Assembly (NCBI GenBank): GCA_028534125.1
Contig: CM052817.1
Coordinates: 57,414,001 to 57,478,000, forward strand
DNA length: 64,000 nucleotides
From: Lama glama
Taxonomy: Eukaryota
Direction of reading: 5' to 3'
Shown: in pieces, positions 40,000 to 55,614 of the stretch
How the letters are laid out: every line of letters starts with the position of its first letter
Position numbering within the stretch: the first letter of the stretch is position 1
Translations under genes and position numbers: made by a program
Notes under the pieces: generated by a model
Seen by the model: only the letters and a program-made list of their open reading frames with translations
Told to the model about the DNA's origin: nothing
Database searches by the model: none

Positions 40000-41220
40000 G
40001 ATTGGTTACAACAACAAAATGACAAATAATTAAATATATTGAGGACAATGAGAACCAGGTTTCTCACTGTCAGAAAATGGAGTTCTAAAATAAACACTAC
40101 GGTGTTGTATTGGGATGGGAGATACTGATGTGAACTCATGGTTCCTTAGTATATAGAGATATGAAAGTAGATAAAGGTGGGGAGGGACATATGCCTACAT
40201 ATATTTTCCTAGATCCGTCAGCTGAGAGGACCCAGAAATGATGACATTTTAACAGCAAGGAGCGCACCTAGCAGTCAGATTTTGGTTTCTACATACTACT
40301 CTTCACCAAAAGGAAAAATGGCCAAGTTCAAGTTTAGGAGAAGGAAAGCACAAGATGAGGCAAAATGTAAGGAAGTGCTTAAACAATGATGAGGACCTAT
40401 CAGGAGTCATCTTGAAGATGCTCCCACTGGAAAATCTGGGACAATGTCAGCATCAAAATAGAAAATCACCACTTGGCAACAATCACATGCTAAATTAATG
40501 GCTCAAAGTGTGACAAGGAATAGGATATTTACATCATCTCAGAGTATCTCCTCACAAAGACTTCTTACCTAGTAATTGCAAAATACTTACAATTAACAAA
40601 AAGTGGAGAAACCTGACAGACACCATCTTAATCACATGAAAAAAGTTAAAATCACTAATAATGGGACATATAGACAGCATGTGCCTCCTGATATGACGCA
40701 CTGAGAGTATAGCATCGCTCCTATGCTAGTCCTGCCAGAAATTCATAACCTGAATATAAATCATAAGGAAACAACAATCAAACCCAAATGGAGAAACAAT
40801 GTACAAAGTAATTAGACTGAGTCATAAGAAACAAGGAAAGATTAAAGAACTGTTCCAGATTAAGGAGACTAAGAGACATGCACGATCCTGGATTAGCTCC
40901 TAGACCCATACAAGACATCAGAACAGCTGGCAAAATCACAGTTGGGGACTGCTGACTAGATGGGTATCAATGTTAACCTCCTGATTTTGATAGCTGTACT
41001 GTGGAGAATGTTCCTGTTTTTAGGAAACACACACTGAAGAATTAAAGAGTGATGTGGCTTCACATCTGCAACTTACTTTTACATGGTTCTGGAAGAGAGA
41101 GAAAGGGAAAGAATAAGGCAAATGTGAGCTAGGAAATATGGATGAAGAGCATACAGGAGTTCTTTATCATAGTCTCACAACTTTTCTGTAAGCTTGAAAT
41201 TATCTCAAGTCTTTTAAAAG
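40000..41220 (+). mobile_element. Old L1MC/ME 3' region
   Basis: gtggagaaacctgacagacaccatcttaatca, gcatgtgcctcctgatatga, atctgcaacttactttt, caacttttctgtaagcttgaaattat. Confidence 0.7.
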
Positions 41221-41849
41221 GATAACACAATAAAGGCGTGAAGCAATAACAGAACTGAAAGTCATGTAGTCCCTAACAGTGATGTCCTCACCACTTCATA
41301 ACAGCACTAAAGGGAACATTCTATTTCAAAGCCAATCCTTCACCCACATTTCTTTTCTTCTTTAGCCGTAAAGAAACTATTACCTAAATGTGGAAGAAAA
41401 CACAGCACTGCAAGCACGGCCCAAAGATATGACCGTATTAGAGACAACATAACAGATTTTGTTTTTTCAGACAAGAGTAACCCCTTGTGGAGGACTCTGA
41501 AAATAAATCATTCTAACTTGTGAGAATTTGCTATCAAAATATTAGATTCCCTATTACAGTAAATAACTTACAGCCACTATTTACAAGGCAACGTTTACTA
41601 AATAAATAATATTATCCACAGTCAAAGCCAATTTCTGCCAATAATACGATAAGAACAATTGTGCAGAACTATGCTGTCTCCTTTAGATTCAACACTCTCA
41701 TACACTTCAGACTTCTCTGCACCATTTTACCAGTTTTCCAGTCTCCTTGAGAATCTCCTCCTGCAAATTTCTGATTCTTTATCAACTACATTTCAAATCT
41801 CCTCTCTTTATTTCTTTTCCCAGTGCCTAAAGTCCTGTCTCTGGCTTTA

Positions 41850-42790
41850 TTCTCACTCTGAATTTTCCCTCAGCAATTTCTAAAAATCTGTAATTATCAT
41901 TAGTATATCAAAAAACTTCACAGTTCTATAATTGATCTTTCTAACCACATTTGCAACTCACTGTTGAAAGATCACTCCTATGTGTTGGCAGCAACTCAAA
42001 ATCCACATGTGGAAAACTGAATTATTTTACCTCTAAAACCTTTTCTTTCTTCTAACATGCTCCCAATGCTATTAAAATGTCTCTCCCTCCTTGATCACCA
42101 AAGCCAGAACACCAACAGTATTTCCAATTCCTTTCTTCACTCTCTTCTTCATTCCACATCCAATCAGTAATCAAGTCCTATCAAGTGTATTCCAACAGGT
42201 ATCTCACCCCCTTACTCTGTTTCATTTCTTAATAAGGACCTTCCCTTTCTCACTTAGACCACAGCAAAAAAATCTCTAAATTATCCCCCTGCTTAATACC
42301 GTATCTGACTCTAATCTATGCCTTATATGACTGTCAAAATGCTATTCCTAAAATAAATTTCTAATTGTATTACTACCTTCATCAAAAAGGCTGGATAGGT
42401 CTTCATTCTCAAAATGAAATCCAATCTGCTGTCTCCACACTGAGACCAAATGTCACTCCCATGCATTTATACTCCAGCCATCCTAATCTGATGTAAATAT
42501 TGACTGTTGCCTTCATGCATCTAGACCTTTGTTCAAACCATCTCTCAAATTCAAATACCCCTTCATCAACTTTAGTCCAAAATGCTACCTCCCTCATGAA
42601 GCTGCCTTTAGACTTTCAACAGGAATCAATCATTTCCTTCACATTGAGCTTCCAAAGGACTCTACACCTTCCTCATAACACTTTCCATGTATCTACCTTT
42701 TTAATTTTACTCATGTTTTCCCACACTATAAATTCTGTGAGAATAGACTGTGTGATATGCATTTTATAACCCTTCCAAGCACCCACAAAA
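41850..42790. mobile_element. Degenerate L2
   Basis: Pyrimidine-rich L2-like motifs (caactcaaaatccacatgtggaaaactgaa; cacatccaatcagtaatcaagtcct). Confidence 0.5.
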
Positions 42791-42798
42791 GTACCTTA

Positions 42799-43011
<213 letters not shown>

Positions 43012-43252
43012 CTAAAGGTAAAAATGAAAAGTAGAATCAATGAAAATTTAATTACTTCTAAATAAACAGACTCTAAAGGTACTTCATAAATCAGAAACAT
43101 GATTGGTAAAGTTCTTGCTTTTTCTGAAAGATAAGTGATAACCACTTGGAATAATCAGTTATGACTCTTACGGACTCTGTAGTTCATAGCCTTTACACTA
43201 AAAGGCTTTTCTTTTGGAAGAAACTACAGATTAATCTCTAATTTTTATTTTA

Positions 43253-43549
<297 letters not shown>

Positions 43550-44266
43550 CTAGTTTTTCTACTTAATAAAGACTATTCCTGTATCTCTATATACTAATAT
43601 AGAATGAACTCCAAAATACTTATATTATTGTTAACAGTGAAAAAAAACAAGTTACTGAACAATACACATACAGTATGGCTCCAAAACTATTATTAGTTTG
43701 TTTTGCTTTGCTCTAAGGAAACCACTTGTGGGGCTAGAGGGTGAGTATATAAAGAGTAACGTCTGGAAGAACAGATAACCCAACTGGTAACAGTATTTAC
43801 TTTTGAAAAGGAGAATGTGAATTGAAGACTTTTACATATTTTTATTACACCAATTGTTTGAAATTTTTTACAATGAAAATATATACATTCATATATCACT
43901 AATAATAAATTATAAAACATTCTTTTTACTAAATTTATTATATTGTTCATATTGTATACCATATATTGTTTATATTATATAGGTTATTTCTTATTAATAA
44001 TAGAGGTAGTCTTTTCCATGTCACAAAGACTTTTATGCTTAAACAAAACCCTACAAGTCCCTTACTTGATAACAAAACTTAAGAAAAGCAAATGTGACAG
44101 CTAAGGGTACAAAGTTTCTTGTTGAGTCCATGAAAGTACTCTGGAATTACACAGTGGTAATGGTTGCACAACTTTGTGAATATACTAAAAACCACCAAAC
44201 TGTATACTTAAAATGGTTAATTTTACATGTGAATTATATCTCATTTTTTTTAATTGCGTGTACTTA

Positions 44267-44422
<156 letters not shown>

Positions 44423-44854
44423 CTACACATAAAAAGACAAAACAGTCTCATGAATTTTACTTTCTCTGCATCATCAAGGCTTAGCTAAAAATACAATTAA
44501 GACCAATAAATTATCAAATAAAATTAACAAATCTTAGTTCATCATTATTAGATATATTAAAAACCTAGGTATAATCTAAAATTTTATACAGGATAAATAT
44601 CTAACCTTGGTAATTACAGACTGGAACAACATCTGGTAATGATGTCATGTAAAATAATATGAAGAAAATATATTTTGATATCACAAAAACTAGTATATGA
44701 TAATTTCTTATTTTGCCTCTTTGATAATTACATATACTTACTTCACTGTGTAACCTTTCAAAAACCAGCCCTATATCGCTTTGCCCTGATCACAGTTTTC
44801 CAGTAATAAGCCTGAATTCTCACAATTACCTATCAGACAAATGGCTTATAGTCT

Positions 44855-45058
44855 AGCTGTCTAATACAGCAGTCACTAGCCACGTGACACTACTGAGCAC
44901 TTGAAATGTGGCCATTCTGATGATGTGAGATATGCTGTAAGTATAAACTACTCACTGGATTTCAAAGATGGTACCAAAAAAGAGTAAAACTTATCATTAA
45001 TAATTTCTCATTGATTATATGTTGAAATCTTATACATTATACTTCTACTGGATAGTGC
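44855..45058. mobile_element. MER3-like hAT element
   Basis: gctgtctaata...cactagccacgtg...actgagcacttgaaatgtggc...actggatagtgct. Confidence 0.65.
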
Positions 45059-45316
45059 TAAAAAATATATTCCTAGAAAATGTCAATAATATTCTGGGAA
45101 AATTTACAATAAATTACATAATTGTTAAAGGCACTATAGAATCCGAAGTGCCAATAAAGAAATAAGTCAAGGAATAAACAAATAAGAATTTCCAGTGAAT
45201 TACATAGATCTAATATATAATCTCAAAAGTCAACTAAGAAATCAATTGCCAATGAGTTGGAAAATGGAAAAATAGATTGGTATTTTTCCACAAAAATACT
45301 TTAAAAAGTGAAATCA

Positions 45317-45489
45317 GGGGGGAGGGTACAGCTCAGTGGGTAGAGCGCATGCTTAACATGTATGAGGTCATGGATTTGATCACCAGTACCTCCGGTTAAA
45401 TGAAAAATAATAATTAAAAAATAAGTAAACCTAATTACCTACCCCCCAAAACACACAAAAAAAATTTAAAAAATTAAAAATTTTTTTTA
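45317..45489 (+). mobile_element. tRNA-Ala-derived SINE (Vic-1-like)
   Basis: SINE head; TSD aaaaagtgaaatca at 45303-45316 and 45490-45503. Confidence 0.92.
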
Positions 45490-46331
45490 AAAAAGTGAAA
45501 TCACATCTGGATACTCTTATTCAAGAAAAGATTAAGTTTATTTAAGAAATGAAAGGTTTGGATTACTCCGTTTGAAAACAGTAAATCATAAAAGCTTGGT
45601 CAAAAATATCAAGTTGTCCCAAAGTAAAAAATCAAAAGCAAGAAACAGTAAATGCACCACCCACATTCTTAGCCCACTTCCTGTCCTTCGAAAACAATCT
45701 GAGATGAAACACTGTGTTTATGAGGAAAAATATCATGAGGGGCATTCTCAAATGCTTGCCTTGAATCTTTAACAGAATTTCTAATATAATACAGAATATT
45801 ACGTTAAAACATAGCTAATAGAATATAGCTCTACTGTCTTAATAGGAAGACATAAATTGAGCTGTGTCCTCAAAGGCCAAACAGTATCTTGTGTTCCAAA
45901 ACAGATGTTCTTGAGAGGACTGCTGACAGGAAAGCCTAATAGGTCCAACACAAGGCTACAGTTAGAAACAGGTAAAATGAGGACCTCTGGTTATCAGCAA
46001 ATATAAGGGAAAAGCACTAGACTCCTAAAAATAAATACAATTCTCCCCCTTAGAGGCTCTCAACAACACTCTCCAACAGGAGATTAAAGAGCCTAGTCCA
46101 AGGACACAGGGTCCATTTACAGGTTCAACATTCACTCAGTGTTAAGCACTACATGTTAGGTATCATGCTCAAAACTGAAAATACAAAGTCGTATTAAGGC
46201 ACAGTCCCCACCTCTGAGAAGTTAACAGTGTGGCAGGTAAGGCAGGCAAATAAATCAAATTACTATCTAGTATAAGCATTGTCAGAAGTTATTTAAGGAA
46301 AATATGCTATATTTAGTCACAGAGATCTAAA

Positions 46332-46525
46332 TCAGGGGCTCAGAGACTAGCCTGCAGGCCAAATCTGCCCTCACTTGCCGTCTATTTTTGTAAATAAAGT
46401 CTTACTGGTTTATGTATTATCTACAGCTACTTTTCACTACAACAGCACAGCTGAATACACAACAGACACTATAAGGTAAACAAAGCCTAAAGTATTTAAT
46501 ATATGGCCCTTTACAAAAAAATCAA
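46332..46525. mobile_element. MER58A-like hAT element
   Basis: ggccaaatctgccc...tttttgtaaataaagt...aaagcctaaagtatttaatatatggccctttacaaaaaa. Confidence 0.7.
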
Positions 46526-47210
46526 ACTAGGGAGCCAGGTAAAGCATCCTGAAGGAGAGAGAGTTAATACAGAAGTTTTGCAGAATAAGTGAGATTTACC
46601 TAAAAAAGGTAGTAAGCACCTCTCCCTACTGCCCATTTTCAAGGAGCACACAAGCACTCCAGGTTGAGTGAATGGGCCCATGGGAAGGTAAAGAGGCCTA
46701 AAACAACATGAAGAATTTAATTTTACTCTAGAGATGATAAAAAAAACCTGAACACAGCTCTCTGCAGAAACACACGGCATTAACAAAGTTCTCAGTCATA
46801 AACAACACAGTGAATTTGGGTTCTTAGGCCTTCTCTCAGACCTGCCTGCCCTCAAGTGAAGCATGCTGTTCCAGACAGTAAGCTATGAATACACCACGTC
46901 AAAACCCAGGGTCTGCCTGCCAGAAGACCTGGAGCAGCCAAACCTCAACTCTCTGCTTTGCTAGGTAGATAGGAAGAAGCTTAAGTGTGTTATAGTTTCT
47001 TCCCAAACCCACTTTCACCTAGACAGACTCCAAGGTGTAGATTTGGGGAAATCAAAAGCCTAAGTCTAAGCCCTCAATGCAGGACACTAAAAGCAAAGCC
47101 CTATTTTGGGGAGGAAAAAAACCTCATCTTATATTTGAATGATTAAAAAAAAAAACAAAAACCCATCCTAATCCCAGGGCACTTCAACATTCACCTAAAC
47201 ATAAGAGAAT

Positions 47211-47341
47211 GGGGAGGAGGGTATAGCTCAAGTGGTAGAGCGCATGCTTAGCATACACAAGGTCCTGGGTTCAATCCCCAGTACCTCTTCCAAAATTAAA
47301 TAAGCCTAATTACCTCCCCCAACCAAAAATAAATAAATAAA
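47211..47341 (+). mobile_element. tRNA-Ala-derived SINE (Vic-1-like)
   Basis: SINE head; perfect 15-bp TSD taaacataagagaat at 47196-47210 and 47342-47356. Confidence 0.93.
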
Positions 47342-47752
47342 TAAACATAAGAGAATCTAATAAAGGTGTATTACATTTCATGAATGAATCTCTGGATTCA
47401 GACAAAGGAGGAATCAGAAAGATCATTCTCTTTTTAAAAGCATTATTGTCAGCTTTACAAAAAGATTCTCAAAAGAATTTCTTTTACTTTAAAATGTAAT
47501 TTGAGCTCCAAAATATAACTTAAAAACTTAAATTACATGACAAAATTTTAAATGCATATTATCTAAGACATTACAGCAAGTAATACCTTATAATTAAATT
47601 TAGCTCAAAACATCACCTAGACTTTTGACAATTACTTTATAATTCAAAGGAAACTAGTTCAAGAAAGATACCAATGCAAAAATAACTTTCACTAGTCTTA
47701 TGCCCCGTTTAGAAATCTCATAGCTCACGCCCTCTTGGTTAAAGACTCTTAC

Positions 47753-47864
47753 TTCAGACACAATGATGTCCATCTGACGCCGCAGTTTCCTTAGAGTGTT
47801 CATAAGTTGTTCAGGATCTTTATGTATTCCAACCCAGCAGCCATTAACAAAAATCTTGGTTGCA
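47753..47864 (-). CDS. POLR2B: POLR2B exon 13 (112 bp): [37 protein letters not shown]
   Basis: GT-AG boundaries, frame continuity. Confidence 0.97.
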
Positions 47865-47958
47865 CTAAAATGTAAAACCAAACAGCATTTTGCACTTAGT
47901 AACTCTATAACCAAAGATTAACAATAGTTTTCTATTTTTTGTTTTTAAGTTGCATCTA

Positions 47959-48141
<183 letters not shown>

Positions 48142-48343
48142 TTAACATGGCTATCAAAATTCTTCTCCATAAACACTTTTCCTTCAGTTTACTCTCAGGC
48201 TGTACTCTCACTTCCGAAGAACAAAATTATAAATGACACATTAGTTCTAAACCACAATGTATAATTAAATAAAAACTTACTTCTAAAAGTAATTATCCCC
48301 TACATAACTCCTGTCAGACTCTTTGTTTTGAACATAAATTCTA

Positions 48344-48496
<153 letters not shown>

Positions 48497-48729
48497 CTAA
48501 AAAACAACAGTAAATCTTTAAACTTTGGGCATTTCTGTTACTCATACTATCACATTTTTGGCAAATAGTAGAATGAGGTAAAGTCATATTGTTACATATA
48601 ATCCACCCAATGTCCAACTATCCCTATCCCTCTTTCTCCACCCTGCCCTGGATAATCTTATTCACCCCCATAACTTAACTGAGGCTTATAGCAGGGATGG
48701 CAAATGTAAGACATACAGTTCTAACATAC

Positions 48730-50520
48730 CACGTAACTTTTACTTATGGTCTGTCTCCAACCACGAGGATGTTAGTTTTACAAGGGTGGCAATTTTATAT
48801 TTGTTTGCTTTGTTCTGTTACATCCAAATACCTAGAACAGTACCTGGCACACATTAGGCACTCAGACAGTGTTAAATGCTACCAACTCACACTTCTCTGA
48901 CCATAGAAGACATCACTAATCCATCCCAGAACTTCCGCCAGGCTGAGACCTCTGAGTCCAACACAGAGATTTAATATTTACAAGTATTGCCTTGCTTAGT
49001 GTTCTATAAGTAAGGTAATACTTAGAGGAATATAAAGCAAGCAACACAAGTTCAATGTACCTAATAACAAATCACCACTTTCCCCAGCTCTACAACAACC
49101 CAAACCTCCTTCCTCTTCCTAAGTCTCCTGTCATGGTTAATGGTATCACTTTTCCCTTAATCTTCCAATCCAGAAATCTCAAAATATCTTTGTCTCTGAC
49201 CTCCTCCTTTATACACATCAATACACATATCCTGTAAACACTACTTTAAATTTTCTCTAAAAGCCAACCCCTCCATTCCCAGTGTCACAGCAACAGACCA
49301 GCCCCTTACCTCTTGCCTACTGTACTACAATCAGCTCAAAAATCCTTACAGTCTCCCTCTTCAATCCAACCTCCTCAGTTACCAGAATTAATAAAACACA
49401 GATATGTTCATACCACTCATTCACTTAAAAAATATAAAACAGGCCCCCACCAACTACAGAGGAGCATGACAATAAAGTGCTTCTCAATGATGTCCCAGAG
49501 GACCTTCCCCTACCAGTCTCCAGAACTCCTGTACCCCATCCACACTGCAAAACCCCAAACCTCTGACCATGCTATTGCCACCAAATGGAATGCACTTCCC
49601 CATTCTGCTCTGCCTAGTGAAACGTTACCACCTCTATAGAAGACATCTCACCCACCTCCACGAAGAACTGTCTTACAAAACTTACTTCCCAAGTATTTCT
49701 CAAATTTGTCTCCCCCTCTATAAGATTGCTCTAGTGCAGGCCCTAATTATTTCTCACTCAGCCTGTTGCAACAATCTTCCTGACAACAACTTTGCTCTTC
49801 TCAAATCTTTTCTCCACACCGCCAACTACTGTGAAGCTACCTAAAAAACAAAAATGAACATGTCACTCCACTCTGTGGGCTGTTCCCAGCTTCCTTCTCC
49901 AACCCCATCTTCCTAACTCTCCCACTTTGATTTGAAAACCCTAGGCTGCTCTCGCTCCTCCCACACATATATGCTCTTTCCCCTCTCTGTCCCTTTGTTA
50001 AGGATATTAAACTTTTTCCAGTTTTCCTGTGAGCTGCTAGTTTTATCCTCCTCCCAGGCTTGGGCCATTTTCCAATAACTACCCTTCAAGATTCAGCTCA
50101 AGTGTCACCTCCTAAAGAAAACACTTTTCACCCTCTCAGCCTGTGCTAAATGCCTTCTCCAGCATTCCCACAGAGCAGGTGTGCACAGCTCTCATTTAAT
50201 ACTCACTGTACCATGCTGTAATATCTGTTTATGTCTGTCTATGAGTACAGACTGTAAACTACTAAAGAACAGAGATCATGTTTTATTCATCTTTGCATCT
50301 CCAATGTACAGCAGAGTGCCTGGCACATCGTAAGTCCCAAGAGCTGTACACTGAATTGGCAGGATGACATTTATCATAATTGAGCTCAAAGCAAAGTGAG
50401 CTGCACATGGATGAATGCTTCCACTGATAGATGGTGAGCTCCTTGAGGGCTGGAAGAGTATCTCATTTGTGTTTTTGAACACAGCATCACAAACACCAAG
50501 TATACTCAACAAATTCGTAT
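48730..50520. mobile_element. Cluster of L2 fragments
   Basis: Repeated L2 3' ends (cctagaacagtacctggcacacattaggcactc; gtgcctggcacatcgtaag; gtgagctccttgagggc). Confidence 0.55.
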
Positions 50521-51193
50521 TAAGTTAAAAGGAACTAGAAATTAACTTGGGCTATCAGCATCCTTCTAAAATTTCTTAAAATCTGTAATATGTTTCTAGG
50601 AATCAGAAGCTTAAAGTTGGTATCTGAATGCCAAATTAATCAGGTGACACTGGTACAGGCTGGTTAAAAAAAAAGCAAAGGGGTAGATTCCCCCCAAATT
50701 CCACAAAGCTGAACATGTATATTATAAATGTTCAATTTTATATGAAAAACAGTTACAAAAAGTAAATAAATAAATATGTCTAGTGAGACATTTTTGTAAA
50801 AGGTTCCCCCAATTCTCCTTCTGAGAGTAGCTATTACAGTCACTGTACATACAAGAGGCCAACATAGAGAAATCAGTGTTAAAGTATTACATTTTGCAAA
50901 AAAGGAAGCAGATGCCCTTCTATTCTCTGGCATCAGCTTCTACTAGGGAGTCTTTAAGACATAAAAATTTCACAAACATGGACCATCTCACCTTCCAAGT
51001 AGCTACTCAAATTTATTAACTATCTTGATGTAAGCCAAAAGTTTTAATCTCTCTTAGTAATACTGATAGCTAATTTAAGAAAAATTTCACTTTCATAATT
51101 CAAAAGCCCCCAAGTGCTTTTACCTTTTACCTCTGATCAAGAAAAAAAAAAGGCTAAATAATTTACATTTGATGAGTGAAAGAATCTATTAGC

Positions 51194-51392
<199 letters not shown>

Positions 51393-51892
51393 NNNNNNNN
51401 NNNNNNNNNNNNNNNNNNNNNNNNNNNNNNNNNNNNNNNNNNNNNNNNNNNNNNNNNNNNNNNNNNNNNNNNNNNNNNNNNNNNNNNNNNNNNNNNNNNN
51501 NNNNNNNNNNNNNNNNNNNNNNNNNNNNNNNNNNNNNNNNNNNNNNNNNNNNNNNNNNNNNNNNNNNNNNNNNNNNNNNNNNNNNNNNNNNNNNNNNNNN
51601 NNNNNNNNNNNNNNNNNNNNNNNNNNNNNNNNNNNNNNNNNNNNNNNNNNNNNNNNNNNNNNNNNNNNNNNNNNNNNNNNNNNNNNNNNNNNNNNNNNNN
51701 NNNNNNNNNNNNNNNNNNNNNNNNNNNNNNNNNNNNNNNNNNNNNNNNNNNNNNNNNNNNNNNNNNNNNNNNNNNNNNNNNNNNNNNNNNNNNNNNNNNN
51801 NNNNNNNNNNNNNNNNNNNNNNNNNNNNNNNNNNNNNNNNNNNNNNNNNNNNNNNNNNNNNNNNNNNNNNNNNNNNNNNNNNNNNNNNNNNN
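51393..51892. other. Assembly gap (500 N)
   Basis: N run. Confidence 0.99.
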
Positions 51893-51924
51893 TCCATAAC
51901 ATTTTCTTATCAAAACTGTAGTCA

Positions 51925-52152
<228 letters not shown>

Positions 52153-52907
52153 TTAAACACGCAAAGGTCTACAAAGTGCCTTGTCAATGGGGACAATATA
52201 ACCCACAAGGGGGTGAAAAGTGATTGAGGTGGAGGGAGGTTACTACTTTTTATATAAAATGCACAGATGTACATACAATACATAAACATACACAGGCAAA
52301 GCAATTAGGGGAAAATGTCGTAAGAGGCTTCTTAGTGGGATGATCATGAAAGAAGTTTGAAAAACACTAATATATAACACAATAAATAATAGAATATGTG
52401 CAAAACGTTGCTAATACTGTTTTTGTATTAAATTGCCTACATTATTTTTACAAATAAGTTTTTTAATTATAAAAGTATTATATGTTCATTATAGAAAATA
52501 CAGAAAACATAAAAACGTTATCTCGAATAAAATAAAAATCACATATAACCCCAATAATGACACAACCACTGCTCGTATTTTGAGATTTCCCTCCAGCTTA
52601 TGTGTTTTTATAAAATGCAAAGCAGAACTAATAAAAATTCCATTATCAGCACTTAGAAAATCAAGGCAGTAACAGCTTTTTTCAAATGCCTTGTAACGGT
52701 ACAGAGGAATAAAGAAAATGTACACAAGTAATAAACAATTTCTCACAAACTTGACATTTTCAGACAAGAAATAGAACTAAATCTGAGCAAGTGGCAAAAA
52801 GCATGCAGCTACCTTCATATGTACCCAATATGGATGGGGCACCTCCATGTGAAATAATCCAAAGTGAAATCTCTCTACTTTTAACATTATCATTCTATAG
52901 CTTCTTA

Positions 52908-53075
<168 letters not shown>

Positions 53076-53134
53076 TTAACTTACATATTAAAAACATCAA
53101 TTTTGACATTTTTAGCTGTAAGAAAAACTTATTA

Positions 53135-53377
<243 letters not shown>

Positions 53378-53886
53378 CTATCAGTTAATTCAAATGAAAA
53401 ATTATTTTCAAATTCTTATTTTTATGTTAAAAGAAGTCAACTGGTAACAGAAACACACAGTAAGCTTCTCCTTATTTTCTAACCTTCTCCTCATCTGTTC
53501 CGCCCAGGAGCACCTCCCAAGCACGTCCTAAGAAAACTGAGTTCCCGTCCCCTTAGACATAGCGCTGTGCTCTCCTGAAGCTGAATCCTTAGCCTATCTC
53601 ACTTATTTTATAATATACTAAATAACTCTATGGACCTAACTTGATTTTATAAAATCAAGGAATCACAAAACCTTAGAACTTGAAGACATCTTAGAGATCT
53701 AGAGATCTCTGAAAAAAATCCACTTATCAGCACAGGCAATTATATTTTCCAGATAAATACAAATAATTCCATTATAACAGAGCACAGTGGTTTTTGTTTT
53801 TTGTTTTTTGGGTTTTTTTACATCTTAATGAACTATGGCATATATGTATGTGTTTATGTGTGTATAAACTTATAGAAGTTTAGGGT

Positions 53887-54015
53887 GGGGAAGGTACAGC
53901 TGAAGTGGTAGAGCACATGCTTAGCATGCATGAGGTCCTGGGTTCAATCCCCAGTACCTCCTCTAAGAGTAAATTAATGAACCTAATTACCTGCCCCCAA
54001 CCAAAAAAAAAAAAA
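53887..54015 (+). mobile_element. tRNA-Ala-derived SINE (Vic-1-like)
   Basis: ggggaaggtacagctgaagtggtagagcacatgcttagcatgcatgaggtcctgggttcaatccccagtacctcc...polyA. Confidence 0.9.
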
Positions 54016-54344
54016 TTTTAGGGAAGTTTAATACTCAAATTAAAATTTACTAAGCCTCAAATGAATAAATACGCTGTACTGTTTTCAACCTTGGTTTAAG
54101 AGGTTATCTTTTAACTACTAAAATAACTTTTTATCTTTTAACTAATTAAAAAAAATTACTACTACCAAAAGCTTAAAGTAAAATCTAACTGGATAAAAAT
54201 GGATATTTTTGTCATATACCCATATCAATAAATACTTTAATAACTAACATATACTTAACTTTCTAACTTTGTGACCAATGTTTGGCCTGCATTTTGCCTT
54301 ATTTCTCTGTAGTCTAAAAGACTCGGGACAATTCAGAACAACTA

Positions 54345-55125
54345 AGAATATCAACTACTACTGAGACAAGGATCATCAATGGAAAAGATTGATAAGGAAA
54401 TGCATATTTATCTAGACTCAGTGAACCCTTCCACAAAAGTACTAACTTTACAGTGGAGGAACCTAAAAGATGACCCTGCAGAGTTAATATTCCAATAATG
54501 GGACAAAATAACAACATGTGACTCCTGATGCGATTCCCTGGGAAGCACACAATATGATCTCTGTATTTGTCCTGCCAAAAAATGCATAAATTCAATCTAA
54601 TCATGAGGAAACATCAGAAAAACTCAAATTGAACGATATTCTGTAAAATAAATGGCCTATCTTTTCTAAAACTTTCAGTGTTCAGTGTTTCAGTGAGGAA
54701 AAAGACAAGGGAAGATTAAAAGAGACTACAGACAAGTGAAAACATATAATACATGATCCTGGATTGGATTTTGATAGAGGCGGAGAGGATGCCATTAAGA
54801 ACATTATCAGGACAACTGGCAAAAATCTGAGTAAGATCTCTAGGTTAACAGTATGTACTGTACCAAAGTCCTGATTTTAAAAACTATACTATGATTATGC
54901 AAGTAAATGTCCTGATTCTTAGGAAATATACACTAAGTATTTAGAAGTAAAGGGGTATGATGTCTGAAACTTATTCTCAAATGATCCAGAAAAAAATAAT
55001 GTGAATCTATAGACAAAGTGGCATGTGGCAAAGGTAACAATGGATGAATATGGACGTAGAGAATACAAGAGTTATTTGCAACTTTTCTATAAATCCGAAA
55101 TAATTTCAAAATAAAGTTTTTTAAA
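54345..55125 (+). mobile_element. Old L1MC/ME 3' region
   Basis: Same motif series as 40000-41220 (ctaatcatgaggaaacatcaga, tgatcctggattggat, caacttttctataaat). Confidence 0.7.
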
Positions 55126-55443
55126 AATAGAAGATATTAACTATTCATTTTCCCTTTTTACTAAATTGCACGAGACTAGTATGCTTTTATGATTTTCTTT
55201 ACTACTGTTTCTTCTTGCTGCTGTCAATGAACTCTGGCTGCCTCTAGTTTTTATGTCTATTTTATAGAGAATTGTCAGGAAAGAAGCCAAGGCAGGGCTG
55301 AAGGCTTTTGCTACGTTGTAAATAGCATGGAGTTTGTGACAGCTAAATTGATCTTCAGAGCAGCTTTCTACTGTGTTTTAGGATTAGCAACAGTCAGTAA
55401 CTTTAAACCTCTTGTAAAACACTGTGACTATATTTTGCTTTCA

Positions 55444-55614
<171 letters not shown>

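Noticed and set aside
47217..47290. tRNA-Ala(AGC)-like sequences here and at about 2385, 26135, 32817, 45317 and 53887
   Set aside because: Each is followed by a shared non-tRNA body and A-rich tail, several have TSDs, and stems carry mismatches; these are SINEs, not tRNA genes
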